IMG/VR virus record: IMGVR_UViG_3300046791_000587
Span: 7,108 to 71,107 of that record
DNA length: 64,000 nt
Origin: a virus
Strand: one strand, 5' to 3'
Shown: positions 27,305 through 36,680 of the stretch, piece by piece
How positions within the stretch are numbered: position 1 is the stretch's first letter
Layout of the letters: every line of letters begins with the position of its first letter
Notes under the pieces: generated by a model
The model's input: the letters and a program-made list of their open reading frames with translations, nothing else
Database searches by the model: none
Told to the model about the DNA's origin: nothing
Position numbers and translations under genes: made by a program

Positions 27305-28239
27305 ACACCGCTCCACGCCGCATCTACCTGCCGGTCGTGGACGCGCCAGCGCCCCAGGCAGTCACCGAGCTCTACGATGATTTCGACGAGCCTCGGTGCA
27401 TCTGGTGCGACCGACCGCGGTCCAAGCATGCCATGGCGGTCGACCTGGGCGACGGCACCACGATGACCCCCGCCTGCGAGCGCATCAATGGTGGAGGCAA
27501 GTATCCACGCGAGGCACCGGAGCGGTTACCGCGGCCTCTACGCGTGCGCCTCGAGATCGCCAAGCGGATGACGCTGCAGCAAGCCCACGCCATCGCTGGG
27601 ACCCTGGGGCAGCCCAGCAAGATGCCCGGGGCCGCGTACGGGATCGACGCGTTCCAGTGCAGGAAGGGCGGCGAGCTCGTGGATGACCCGAAGTCCACCT
27701 GCCACGGGTGCTACGCCCGCAGGAACTTCTACCGCTACTGGCGAGCCGCCGTGACGGCCAGGGCCAGGCGGCAGGCAGCGATCCGCCACCGCTACTGGGC
27801 CGAGGCCATGATCGCGCTGATCTGGGACTACATCGAGCATGGCGGCGAGCCGGCTTTCCGCTGGCATGACAGCGGGGATCTACACGGACCCTGGCACCTG
27901 GCTAACATCTGCGCCGTGGCCGAGGCCACGCCGGATGTCCGCCACTGGATCCCGACCCGCGAGTACGACGATGTCGCCGCGTACCTGAGAGCAGGAGGGA
28001 AGATCCCGGGCAACCTCGCGGTGCGGATGTCGGCCCACTACGTGGGGCAGGCGGCCGAGGTCCCTACGGAGATCGCCCACCTTCCGACGTCGACCACGCA
28101 TCGCAAGGGAGAGGCGCCGCCGGTCAAGAAGAAGGGCGCCATCGTGTGTCACGCCATCGATGCGGACGTGAACATGTGCCGGGGATGTAGGGCCTGCTGG
28201 GATGGCAGGGTGACCAACGTGTCGTATAGGATGCACTGA
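27301..28239 (+). CDS. GP88-like phage protein (radical-SAM-like)
   Basis: LGQPSKMPG..YGI..QC..G...TCHGCYAR, FRWHDSGD, HWIPTRE, C..CRACW. Confidence 0.8.
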   Translation: MNTAPRRIYLPVVDAPAPQAVTELYDDFDEPRCIWCDRPRSKHAMAVDLGDGTTMTPACERINGGGKYPREAPERLPRPLRVRLEIAKRMTLQQAHAIAGTLGQPSKMPGAAYGIDAFQCRKGGELVDDPKSTCHGCYARRNFYRYWRAAVTARARRQAAIRHRYWAEAMIALIWDYIEHGGEPAFRWHDSGDLHGPWHLANICAVAEATPDVRHWIPTREYDDVAAYLRAGGKIPGNLAVRMSAHYVGQAAEVPTEIAHLPTSTTHRKGEAPPVKKKGAIVCHAIDADVNMCRGCRACWDGRVTNVSYRMH

Positions 28240-28252
28240 AAGGAGATCGACG

Positions 28253-28669
28253 ATGACGAAGGTGATCAAGGCGACCGGGAACGAGGATCTGATCGAGGGG
28301 GCGGCGGATCTGGTCAAGAAGGGGACAGGCGGCGACGCCACATTCACATGGTTCCCTGTGAACTTGACGTGGCTGGACTGGATGTCCAAGGTCGGTGGCG
28401 GCGACCGGAACTGGGAGAACTGCCCGACGCACTCGGGAACGCTGCTTCGCACCGAGCGGGGCGTGTTTGGATGCGGCTTGATCGGGTCGTTCTTCGCTGG
28501 CAGCAAGAGGCCGGATGGGTCGATCGATCGTTCCGGTGCCACCCTGAACGGCCCGATGAAGGATGGCGAGATCATCCTGGAATACGCCGACCCCGATTAC
28601 GGCAAGCACGGCTGTCATCGGGATGCGACCACTGGCGCCATCGTGTGCAGGTGCCCGGATGAGTGGTGA
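28253..28669 (+). CDS. hypothetical protein
   Basis: SD AAGGAG. Confidence 0.55.
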   Translation: MTKVIKATGNEDLIEGAADLVKKGTGGDATFTWFPVNLTWLDWMSKVGGGDRNWENCPTHSGTLLRTERGVFGCGLIGSFFAGSKRPDGSIDRSGATLNGPMKDGEIILEYADPDYGKHGCHRDATTGAIVCRCPDEW

Positions 28670-29030
28670 GGAGATGGCGAACCTCGATGTGAACGAAGCG
28701 AGGCCGTTGACCGATCGGGAGATCGTCAAGATCATCAGCGGCGTTGTCTTCGGCGTGATCCAGGCTGGAGTTGACCCTGCGGCCGTTCTGAAGCTGCTCC
28801 GGGGGCTTCGCCTACTCCTTCAGGGATGGACCCCCGTCGACAACGACCGCACAGCCGATGCCTCATGGACGGGCGCCATCGGCGGCGTCATTGGTGCGCT
28901 TTCGGGGTGGTGTCGGACCCAGGACATCAACGCCGCCCTGGGGTGGATCTGCGACCACTGGGACGAACTGACACTAGTAGCGAAAGGTGTATTCGAGGGA
29001 CTGGCCAGAGGCCCACGAGGCGCGGCATGA
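28659..29030 (+). CDS. hypothetical protein
   Basis: Overlap-coupled; SD GAGGAG before alternative ATG. Confidence 0.5.
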   Translation: MSGEEMANLDVNEARPLTDREIVKIISGVVFGVIQAGVDPAAVLKLLRGLRLLLQGWTPVDNDRTADASWTGAIGGVIGALSGWCRTQDINAALGWICDHWDELTLVAKGVFEGLARGPRGAA

Positions 29031-29717
29031 AGCGCCAGCGCAGCCACAGGCGGCATCGTCGCCGCGATGCCCATCGGCGGACCAGAGCCCTCACGAAGGC
29101 GGTCATGCGATGGCGCCGCGCCCTTGACCGGATGAAAGTTCCGCTCAACGTCCTCTTTGGACCGATGGTCCTCTGGTGCGGGCCGCCCCGATGAGCAACT
29201 GCGGCAACTGTCAGGGTACCGTCCTGGGCACCGTACGCGTGGTGATGGACATGCCGGGTGGCGAGTATGACCTCTGCGCGCGCTGCCTGGGACCCGATGC
29301 CACCAAGGCCCCACGGTCGCCGGACCTGGTCGCCGAGGTACTGCGGCACATCGAACAGATCCATGCCACGGGCAGCATTCAGCGTCCGGGCACTGGGACG
29401 CGCAACCGAGCGAGAGGAGACCGCGATGATGACAGACCGGCAGCGAAGGGCACGGCTCCGGGTGATCCGAAATCTCGCCGAGGGGCCGGCGGAGGTCGCC
29501 CCGGTGGTGCTGGACACCTACCAGGCGAATGACGAGGACATCTTGGCCATCACGGCGAACGCCAGCGTGCAAGCGGGCGCGAACTGGGTGGCTGTGAAGC
29601 GGGGCCAGATCGATCGCTGTCCACGGCTGAAGTAGCCCTGGGCTTGTAGTTCCACGGGCACGCGGGTACGCTCCTACCAGAAGGCGCGTACTTCTCGAGC
29701 CCGCGCCACGGAGCAAC

Positions 29718-30374
29718 ATGGCGAGATCCCGACTGCACCGCCGGTACGTCAAGAAGACCTTCAAGGCGAACCCGCCGCTGTTCACGGACCTCGTGGAGTT
29801 CGTAGTGCCGGGGTTCGGGGGGTTCGCGGCCACCCGATTCGTGACGCGCGTCGCCATGACCCAGGTCGCCCAGCGGGCGCCATCCTGGGGCAAGCATGCC
29901 GGCGCCGTCGCCTCGGTCGGTTCTTTCCTGGCCGCGTGGTTCCTCGCCCACAAGTGGAAGTGGCTCGAGAAGTGGCACACCTCCATCGTGGTCGGATCCG
30001 CGATCGCGGCCGGGCAGTCACTCCTCCAGATCTATGCCCCGAACCTGCTGGGCTGGATCGTGTCGGACGCCACCCCGGATGTCTCGGCGACCAGCGCGTC
30101 CCAGGCGGCCATCTCGGCGCCCGACCAGCAGCTGGCCCAACTCCAGCTTCAGCCGACGAACGAGGACCCGAACGAGTTCATGTACAACGACAGCTATGAT
30201 GCTGGGCGGTACAGCGGCTCGCACGGGCCGAGCTCGATGAAGGTCGGCCCGGTCCCGCCCGGCAAGACCGGGCCGCCCCAGGAGTCGCCGCCGGCCGCGG
30301 GCGATCTTGCGGACCTGGCGATCGACGACGCGATCGGCTCGGCCAACCTGGGCGTGTTCGCCAACGCCAACTAG
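29718..30374 (+). CDS. candidate virion membrane/core protein, paralog of 63209-63985
   Basis: Basic N-terminus, ANPPLFTDL, three hydrophobic helices, acidic tail. Confidence 0.65.
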   Translation: MARSRLHRRYVKKTFKANPPLFTDLVEFVVPGFGGFAATRFVTRVAMTQVAQRAPSWGKHAGAVASVGSFLAAWFLAHKWKWLEKWHTSIVVGSAIAAGQSLLQIYAPNLLGWIVSDATPDVSATSASQAAISAPDQQLAQLQLQPTNEDPNEFMYNDSYDAGRYSGSHGPSSMKVGPVPPGKTGPPQESPPAAGDLADLAIDDAIGSANLGVFANAN

Positions 30375-30380
30375 GAGGAC

Positions 30381-30737
30381 GTGATGTCGTACTTCCGCAA
30401 GGCCAGCATTCGCCCTCGCGCACTGTCCGGGGTGTCGACGACATTCCCGGTCCACTGGAAGCCGCGCGTCCCGTTCGGTGCGATGGGATCGCTGGGCGAC
30501 GACACGTCAGGCGCGGCCACGATCACCAGCCCCACGCTGACCGTGACCGCGCCACCCGAGACATTACAGTGGCAAGCCAACGTGCTTTCTCAACTCCAGG
30601 CTGGGGTGGCCACCCTGCAGAAGGCAGAGCTCCAGAAGTGGCTCCAGATCGCCGCGACGCTGTCGATCCCGGTGGCCGGCGCGATCTGGAAGATGATCTT
30701 CAAGAGAGGCGCCGCCAGCATCGGAACCGGGATCTAG
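30381..30737 (+). CDS. candidate virion membrane protein (leader-GD family)
   Basis: MSYFRK...GAMGSLGDD; C-terminal hydrophobic helix. Confidence 0.6.
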   Translation: MMSYFRKASIRPRALSGVSTTFPVHWKPRVPFGAMGSLGDDTSGAATITSPTLTVTAPPETLQWQANVLSQLQAGVATLQKAELQKWLQIAATLSIPVAGAIWKMIFKRGAASIGTGI

Positions 30738-30742
30738 GCAGC

Positions 30743-31219
30743 GTGGAGTTTTATCACGGCTCCACTGGACGGATGGAGGTGGGAGCGACGCTGAAAGCCA
30801 GGGAGACCCAGGGCTGGTTTCCTGAAGCCATCGAGGGTGCGATGGAGGCCGGGCGACCGAGCGACGTGCCCTCTCGGCTTTCCTCCTTCTTCCTGGTCGA
30901 TGACCCTCGCCTCATCAGGGATGCCGGCGGGCCGACCGACTACGTGTACCGCGTGAAGCCAGTCGGCCTCTACAGCAAGCACCACCACGGCTGGATGGGG
31001 GCGGTCTACGAAGTGATGATCCCCTTCATCCGTCACCGTGCGCCTCAAGAGGAGAAGGACGCTGCCGCACCTCGGATGATCCACATCGGCGAATGGGTCC
31101 ACAACTACTGGGAGGGGGTGCCCTACCGGCACAGACCGGGACAGGCGAGAACGACATGGGAGTTCCTGGCCCCTGAGATCACAATCGAGGAGGAGATCTC
31201 CGCGCCGTTTGGGCCCTGA
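30743..31219 (+). CDS. ADP-ribosyltransferase-like protein (Arr/DUF2441-like)
   Basis: FYHGS, RPSDVPSRLSSFF, YVYRVKP, WEFL. Confidence 0.6.
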   Translation: MEFYHGSTGRMEVGATLKARETQGWFPEAIEGAMEAGRPSDVPSRLSSFFLVDDPRLIRDAGGPTDYVYRVKPVGLYSKHHHGWMGAVYEVMIPFIRHRAPQEEKDAAAPRMIHIGEWVHNYWEGVPYRHRPGQARTTWEFLAPEITIEEEISAPFGP

Positions 31220-31347
31220 TTGCCAGATGCCACGCCACGCCTAGCCGGGTGCCGCGAGCGTATCGATTCCGCTCTCTGCTCACGCGCGAAGTAGCGTGAT
31301 TCCCGGCGCGGCTCCGTGATAACGTCCTCCCCATCTAGGAGGGCGCC

Positions 31348-32373
31348 ATGCCGTTCACGGGAACACCCATCGTCACACAGGTATCCGACAATCTGTGCAG
31401 GATCACAGGAGTCTCTGTTCTTGGGGCCCAGACTGGCTCGATCGGTCTTCACGAGTTTCCGGTTACGAACTTCGGGACGCGCCCGGACATCCGGTTGCCG
31501 GCGTCATTTCGCCCTCGCACATACGAGTACGGCAACGCGGCTGCGCATCCGGTGTCGCTGCAGGATTCGATTCAGGTGTGGTCGAACTACATCGAACCCG
31601 GCGCCATCATCGCGCCCGTTCTGATCCAGAAGGCCGGGACCACGCCCGAAGACTTCGTGGCCATCTTCGCCTACCCGGTGTCGGGGCCATCGACCATTCT
31701 TCGGAACGCTCAGGCCTTCGCCGTGCTCGGCGGGACGGCGGTGAACAACGCGGGCGCGACAGCGGTCACCGGGGACCTCGGGGTGGCGCCAGGAGCCATC
31801 GTGACAGGGTTCCCGCCGGGAACCGTCGACGACGGAACGATCGAGATCAACACGCCGCTGGCGCAGCAGGCGCATACCGACGCCACCGATGCCTTCGTCG
31901 ACCTGGCCGCGCGCACCCCGACGCAGGATCTGAGCGGTACCAACCTGGGCGGCCTGACGCTTACTCCGGGCGTCTACAAGTTCACCAACGCCGCGCAGCT
32001 CACGGGCGCGCTCACCCTCGACGCGGAAAACAACGTGTCGGCGTCGTTCGTGTTCCAGGTCGGCACCACGATGACCTTCGACCCCGCCTCCACGGTCACG
32101 ATCATCAACGTGAGCACCCTGAACGTGGCGGCCGGCAACCTGCTGCTGTGGCAGGTGGGTACCACGGTGTCCATCGGCGCTGGAGCGGCGCTCACAGGGT
32201 CCGTCGTGGCCGCTGGCGACATCACGGCGGGCGCGGCGGCCACCATGACCGATGGTCGGCTGCTCTCGCTGGGCGGGACCGTGGCGCTCGATACCGACAC
32301 CTTGGCGCTCCCGCCGGCGCTCGCCGAGGGGCTGACGACTGGCGAGCTCGAGATCTACGTTAGGTTCCACTGA
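31348..32373 (+). CDS. beta-sandwich family protein 1 with inserted DUF3494 ice-binding domain
   Basis: FAVLGGTAVNNAGATAVTGDLG, TLTPGVYKF, LTLDA..FVFQ, WQVG, GRLL hallmark motifs inside a scaffold shared with three paralogs. Confidence 0.85.
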   Translation: MPFTGTPIVTQVSDNLCRITGVSVLGAQTGSIGLHEFPVTNFGTRPDIRLPASFRPRTYEYGNAAAHPVSLQDSIQVWSNYIEPGAIIAPVLIQKAGTTPEDFVAIFAYPVSGPSTILRNAQAFAVLGGTAVNNAGATAVTGDLGVAPGAIVTGFPPGTVDDGTIEINTPLAQQAHTDATDAFVDLAARTPTQDLSGTNLGGLTLTPGVYKFTNAAQLTGALTLDAENNVSASFVFQVGTTMTFDPASTVTIINVSTLNVAAGNLLLWQVGTTVSIGAGAALTGSVVAAGDITAGAAATMTDGRLLSLGGTVALDTDTLALPPALAEGLTTGELEIYVRFH

Positions 32374-32426
32374 AAACAGCCGGGGCTGCGTGGACTGCGG
32401 CGAGCGCGCTCGCTATGGTCGGCTAC

Positions 32427-32873
32427 ATGGCATTCATCGGAACCCCCGTCCTGGAACTTGTCACCCCGAACTTGGTCCGCATCACTGGCGTGTCCCTCGC
32501 TGCCAACGCGTCCGGCACCATCGGATTCGCTGACGCAAGCGGGTCGCCGCTTCCGGAGGTCGTTCTGCCGCGCGGTTTCCGGGTGCCCTCAGGTCAGGGC
32601 CATCTGGTCGCGTTGACCGACGGCATCCGCGTGACCGTCACGCCGGTGAGCGCTGGCCCGTTCACCAACCTTCCGCCCTCCATCGTGAAGGCCGGGACCA
32701 CGCCCGAGGACTTCACGATCGGCATCACGAACACCAAGGTCGACGAGACGACGCAGACGCTCGAGATCTACATCGAGTCGGTGTCCTCTGCGAAGTCCCC
32801 GACGGTCAACATCATCGGTCCCACCGGCGACATCCAGGGCCCGCTGATCGTCGGCGACGAGCGCATCGGCTAG
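32427..32873 (+). CDS. beta-sandwich family protein 2
   Basis: MAFIGTP...VRITGVSL...SGTIG...KAGTTPEDF...LEIYI. Confidence 0.75.
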   Translation: MAFIGTPVLELVTPNLVRITGVSLAANASGTIGFADASGSPLPEVVLPRGFRVPSGQGHLVALTDGIRVTVTPVSAGPFTNLPPSIVKAGTTPEDFTIGITNTKVDETTQTLEIYIESVSSAKSPTVNIIGPTGDIQGPLIVGDERIG

Positions 32874-32917
32874 TTCCCGCTGGACCCCGCCGCCGCCAGT
32901 CGGATAGGCTGGCCATC

Positions 32918-33310
32918 ATGGCATTCACCGGGGTGATCACAGCGACGCAGGTCAACGACCGCACGGTGCGCATCACCGGCGCAACCCTCGCACCGTCCGA
33001 CAGCGGGACGATCGGGCTGGCGGGTTCCACTGGAGCGCCAGACATCACCCTGCCGGCGGCCTTCGAGGCGGCTGCGTACAGCTACCAGGGCAACCCCGTC
33101 GGGCTGCAGGACAGCCTGGACGTTGATATCAATATGGTCAGCACAGGGCCGCTGACCAACCTCATGCCGTCGGTGCAGAAGACCGGAACAACCAACGCCG
33201 ACTTCCTGATCACGGTCGTGAACACCAACGTCGCTTCGGCGACCCAGACGATGGAGATCGTGATCACGTTCCTGGTGGGTCGCGTGGGTGAGCCGTCCCG
33301 GCTGTCGTAG
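32918..33310 (+). CDS. beta-sandwich family protein 3
   Basis: MAFTG...VRITGATL...SGTIG...KTGTTNADF...MEIVI. Confidence 0.75.
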   Translation: MAFTGVITATQVNDRTVRITGATLAPSDSGTIGLAGSTGAPDITLPAAFEAAAYSYQGNPVGLQDSLDVDINMVSTGPLTNLMPSVQKTGTTNADFLITVVNTNVASATQTMEIVITFLVGRVGEPSRLS

Positions 33311-33341
33311 CGCGGTGTGATACATTCCGCGGCGGACCACC

Positions 33342-34151
33342 ATGAGCCGCAATCGAAACCTCCCATCCGCCATCCCGCCCAACCGGCCACCCCCAGAGGA
33401 CGGCACCAAGTATCGCCTGCGCGACCGAGAGGGCTCGCCCCCTACGGTATGGGGCGAGAACCTCACCCACACCGAGGCGCGTGTCCTGCGCGACAGGGTG
33501 ACGGCCGCCAAGAAGAGCCGGAACATGGAGATCGAGCCGATGCCTGGACCGGAGGTCGACTCGCTCGACGATCTCTCGGTTCCCACGCCTGCGCCGGCGC
33601 ATGTCGCTCCGCCGTCGAACCTGGGCACCAACTACGAGGTGGCGTCGGAGATGGTCGCGACGACTCTGGCAGCCGACGGTGTGATCAGCAAGATCCCCCC
33701 CGACCACGAGCTGCTCGTCAATGGCCAGGCGCGCGCTGTGCCGACGCGCGTCCGGAAGAACGATGTGGTGGAGTGCTTCTCACTGGCGCCGCTGGCAGCG
33801 CAGGTGCGCGGTGCTGCGGCCGACGCGGTCGCGCAGGTCATCCGGCAGAAGCGCCGCGTTCCGGTCGATGTGACAGTGAAGCATCCCGCTCCGCGCACCA
33901 CCGCCGCGCCGCCCGACCGCTCCATGTCGAATCGCCCGGTTGTGGTTCGGCTCGGCTCCCCGCCCGCCACGCCGCCCAAGCCGCTGCCGTCGCCACTCAG
34001 GGTCGCCACGCTCCAGGACGGTGAGGTGATGTCAGACGACGCCATCACCGATGCCGAGCTCCCAGACCTCGCCGGTGACCTGGGCGGCGGACCCAGCGAT
34101 GCCGATGTCGAACATGCGCGTCGGCAGGCAGAGGCGGATCGGACGGGCTGA
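33342..34151 (+). CDS. Pro-rich hypothetical protein
   Basis: Long GC3-biased ORF. Confidence 0.55.
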   Translation: MSRNRNLPSAIPPNRPPPEDGTKYRLRDREGSPPTVWGENLTHTEARVLRDRVTAAKKSRNMEIEPMPGPEVDSLDDLSVPTPAPAHVAPPSNLGTNYEVASEMVATTLAADGVISKIPPDHELLVNGQARAVPTRVRKNDVVECFSLAPLAAQVRGAAADAVAQVIRQKRRVPVDVTVKHPAPRTTAAPPDRSMSNRPVVVRLGSPPATPPKPLPSPLRVATLQDGEVMSDDAITDAELPDLAGDLGGGPSDADVEHARRQAEADRTG

Positions 34152-34272
34152 TGTTCGGTTGCTGTGCGGTCGCCTTCATGGCCGTTCTCTGCTCGATGGA
34201 TCAGAGCGAAGAGGAGGCCATGGTAGAGGCGCCGGTTCCCAGGGCCAGGGCCTCCTACCGAGACGCGAGGAC

Positions 34273-34425
34273 ATGATGGAGACGGGCTGGTATCACGTTC
34301 TGGTCGAGGTCGATGGCCAACGGTATCTCATCGCGATCGAGGCGGTCTCCAAGGAAGACGCGCGGAGCGCCGTCGCCGCCGAGTGGGGTGACGAGAACAT
34401 TCTCGACGTGACAGTGCCAGGGTAG
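34273..34425 (+). CDS. small hypothetical protein
   Basis: GAGG upstream; YxVxVE...IEAxSxEDA pattern. Confidence 0.45.
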   Translation: MMETGWYHVLVEVDGQRYLIAIEAVSKEDARSAVAAEWGDENILDVTVPG

Positions 34426-34452
34426 GCGACGAATCATGGCAGGATTCGCCTG

Positions 34453-35145
34453 ATGGAAAGGCCTGACCCCAAGAAGTGCTGCATCCTGGTTCCGTCGCGA
34501 GATGGGATCGATCCGGAATGCGAACGCGCGCTGTCCGAGCTGGCTCGCCGCAGCTACCACCTGCGCTTCATGCGTGGGGTGACCTCGATAGACCAGGTGC
34601 GATGCCAGATGGCGACCGACGCGCTCGAGAGCGGGTTCGAGGAGCTCTTCTGGATCGATGATGACGTCGTGTTCAACCCCGATGACGTCGATCGCCTGCG
34701 CTCGTCGGGGTTGCCGATCATCGGCGGCGTGTACCCCAAGAAGGGGGAGCCGCAACTGGCGGTCCGCTGGAAGGAGGGCACGACCAGCGTGACCCTCGGC
34801 GAAGGCGGCTCGGTCGTGGAGGTCAAGTACGCGTCCACAGGATTCCTGCTCACCCACGCGAGCGTGTACGACGCCCTCATCGAGCGCGGGATGATGGCGC
34901 CGTCGTCGATCGGGCAGTTCGGGAGGCGAATGACCCCGTACTTCCAGCCGATGGTTGTCCAGGAAAACGGCGTCGAGCGGTACCTCGCCGAGGATTGGTC
35001 ATTTTGCCACCGCGCGACCGAGATCGGCCTCAAGATCTGGGTCGACACCCGGCCGCGCCTGATGCACGTCGGCCGGTACGCCTACTGCTGGGACGACCTG
35101 ATCCCGCGCGACCGGGTACCCTCGCTCACCGTTCACCTCGACTGA
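34453..35145 (+). CDS. GT-A fold glycosyltransferase (GT2-like)
   Basis: LFWIDDDVVF (DxD), IIGGVYPK, GFLL.H..V, EDWSFC, HVG. Confidence 0.85.
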   Translation: MERPDPKKCCILVPSRDGIDPECERALSELARRSYHLRFMRGVTSIDQVRCQMATDALESGFEELFWIDDDVVFNPDDVDRLRSSGLPIIGGVYPKKGEPQLAVRWKEGTTSVTLGEGGSVVEVKYASTGFLLTHASVYDALIERGMMAPSSIGQFGRRMTPYFQPMVVQENGVERYLAEDWSFCHRATEIGLKIWVDTRPRLMHVGRYAYCWDDLIPRDRVPSLTVHLD

Positions 35146-35192
35146 TCCGGTTGAAGGTTGAAAGCCAATCCGGACGGGGGTACCGTACGGCC

Positions 35193-35555
35193 ATGGCATT
35201 CACCGGAACCCCTGTCGTGAAGCAAATCTCCGACCGCATCGTGCGGATCACGGGGCTGTCCCTGGCCGGCAGTGCCAGCGGCACCATCGGCCTGAACGGG
35301 GCAACGGGCACCCCACCCGATGTCAGGCTCCCGGTTGGGTTCCTGCCCGCGCCGTACGCCTACGATGGCGGCGGGCTGGTGACGCTCGCCGATTCGGTCA
35401 AGCTCGAGTACACCCCGACGAACCTCGTCGCCAGCTTCGTGGCGGTCGACACGACCAAGTCGGGGACCACGACGGCCGATTTCCGCATCACCATGCACAA
35501 CTCGAGCGGGTCAGCGAGCCCCGACGTCGAGATGTACGTCTCGTTCCACGAGTAG
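35193..35555 (+). CDS. beta-sandwich family protein 4
   Basis: MAFTGTP...VRITGLSL...SGTIG...KSGTTTADF...VEMYVSFH. Confidence 0.75.
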   Translation: MAFTGTPVVKQISDRIVRITGLSLAGSASGTIGLNGATGTPPDVRLPVGFLPAPYAYDGGGLVTLADSVKLEYTPTNLVASFVAVDTTKSGTTTADFRITMHNSSGSASPDVEMYVSFHE

Positions 35556-35558
35556 CGG

Positions 35559-35765
35559 CTACGTCTCGAAGAAGCCGACTGCCTTGCCGTAGCGCTGCTC
35601 GCAGGCGTCGGAGCACAGGGTCACCATGGCGCCGGAGACGCCGCCCAGGATCTTGGCGTTCTTGGCCCGCCACGGTTCCGTGAGAGTGAGCCGGAACCCC
35701 TCGGGACTGCCGCGTAGCGTGGCCGCGTTCTCTTCAGCGCCGCAGGCGCCGCACGTGACGCGCAT
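35559..35765 (-). CDS. small Zn-finger protein
   Basis: CGAC...CSDAC; TGATG overlap. Confidence 0.5.
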   Translation of the reverse strand: MRVTCGACGAEENAATLRGSPEGFRLTLTEPWRAKNAKILGGVSGAMVTLCSDACEQRYGKAVGFFET

Positions 35766-36040
35766 CAGGGCGCCACTTTCCCCGGGCTGACCATCCGGCT
35801 CTTGATCGCGTCGATGGCTCGCTGATCGAAGCCGTCCGTTCGCGGCGCGCGCTGCACATCGGTGGCCCATTGCCTGACCATGTCGGCTTTCGCCATGCAG
35901 AGCCCATGGGTGCACGTGAGGAGCGCCATGGTGAATCCGGGCCACGTGATGCCGTGCAACCACGTCCTTCCCGGTGGTGGAACATGTCGGCCACAGAAAG
36001 GACACACCGGGCTCACGGCCACCGGCGGATGGCCGTCCAT
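35765..36040 (-). CDS. small Cys-containing hypothetical protein
   Basis: CPFC; TGATG overlap. Confidence 0.45.
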   Translation of the reverse strand: MDGHPPVAVSPVCPFCGRHVPPPGRTWLHGITWPGFTMALLTCTHGLCMAKADMVRQWATDVQRAPRTDGFDQRAIDAIKSRMVSPGKVAP

Positions 36041-36450
36041 CAGGCGGCCGCCGCGACGTCGCGCCACACCGCGGGGTCGGTCTCGCAGGCCCAGAACGCC
36101 AGGGCAGCGCACACGTTGTCGTACCCGGAGACTGCCGCCACTCCCTCCGCGGCGGCCACCAGGACGGCTACGGCGCTATCCAGCCGGGCGTCCCCGGTCA
36201 GGTCGGTCCAGCCAACGCGAGAACGCGCCATCTTCGCGCAGGCGCGCTGCATGACCTCCTGGCCAGCGTGGATGACCACGAGACGGACGACGCCGGAGAG
36301 GGCACTGGCGGCGCCCCTGGCGCCCAGCCGTTGGGCCGGGCCCGGCTGGTTCACCGGGGTGGCGCGATGTCGCAGTTCCTTGAGGTCATGGGTGCTCAGC
36401 ATCGAGATCTCCTTGATGCTCAAGTTGCATGCAGGAGATCGATCCGTCAA
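36040..36450 (-). CDS. hypothetical protein
   Basis: AAGGAG before internal ATG. Confidence 0.45.
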   Translation of the reverse strand: MTDRSPACNLSIKEISMLSTHDLKELRHRATPVNQPGPAQRLGARGAASALSGVVRLVVIHAGQEVMQRACAKMARSRVGWTDLTGDARLDSAVAVLVAAAEGVAAVSGYDNVCAALAFWACETDPAVWRDVAAAA

Positions 36451-36680
36451 GAGGGACTTGACAGTGGAACGCTAGGAGGATCCGGCTGCGACCCGGCCGG
36501 GACACTTGGGACTGCGGCTGTTGTGTCCCGGCCCGCCGCAGGTCGTACAGTGGCAGCGCTTTCGCGGTTCCTTGGGTTTCCGCGCATTTGGATCCTGGTG
36601 TCCGATCACCACGCGACCCGGACCGCCGCCCTGATCAAAGACGATCGTGGCGGACATCCGCGGGGTCGGAAGGAGGTACG

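Noticed and set aside
36445-36464. TTGACA inside a GTCAAG-N5-CTTGAC inverted repeat as a sigma70 promoter
   Set aside because: No well-spaced -10 and the surrounding genes run on the opposite strand; single occurrence.
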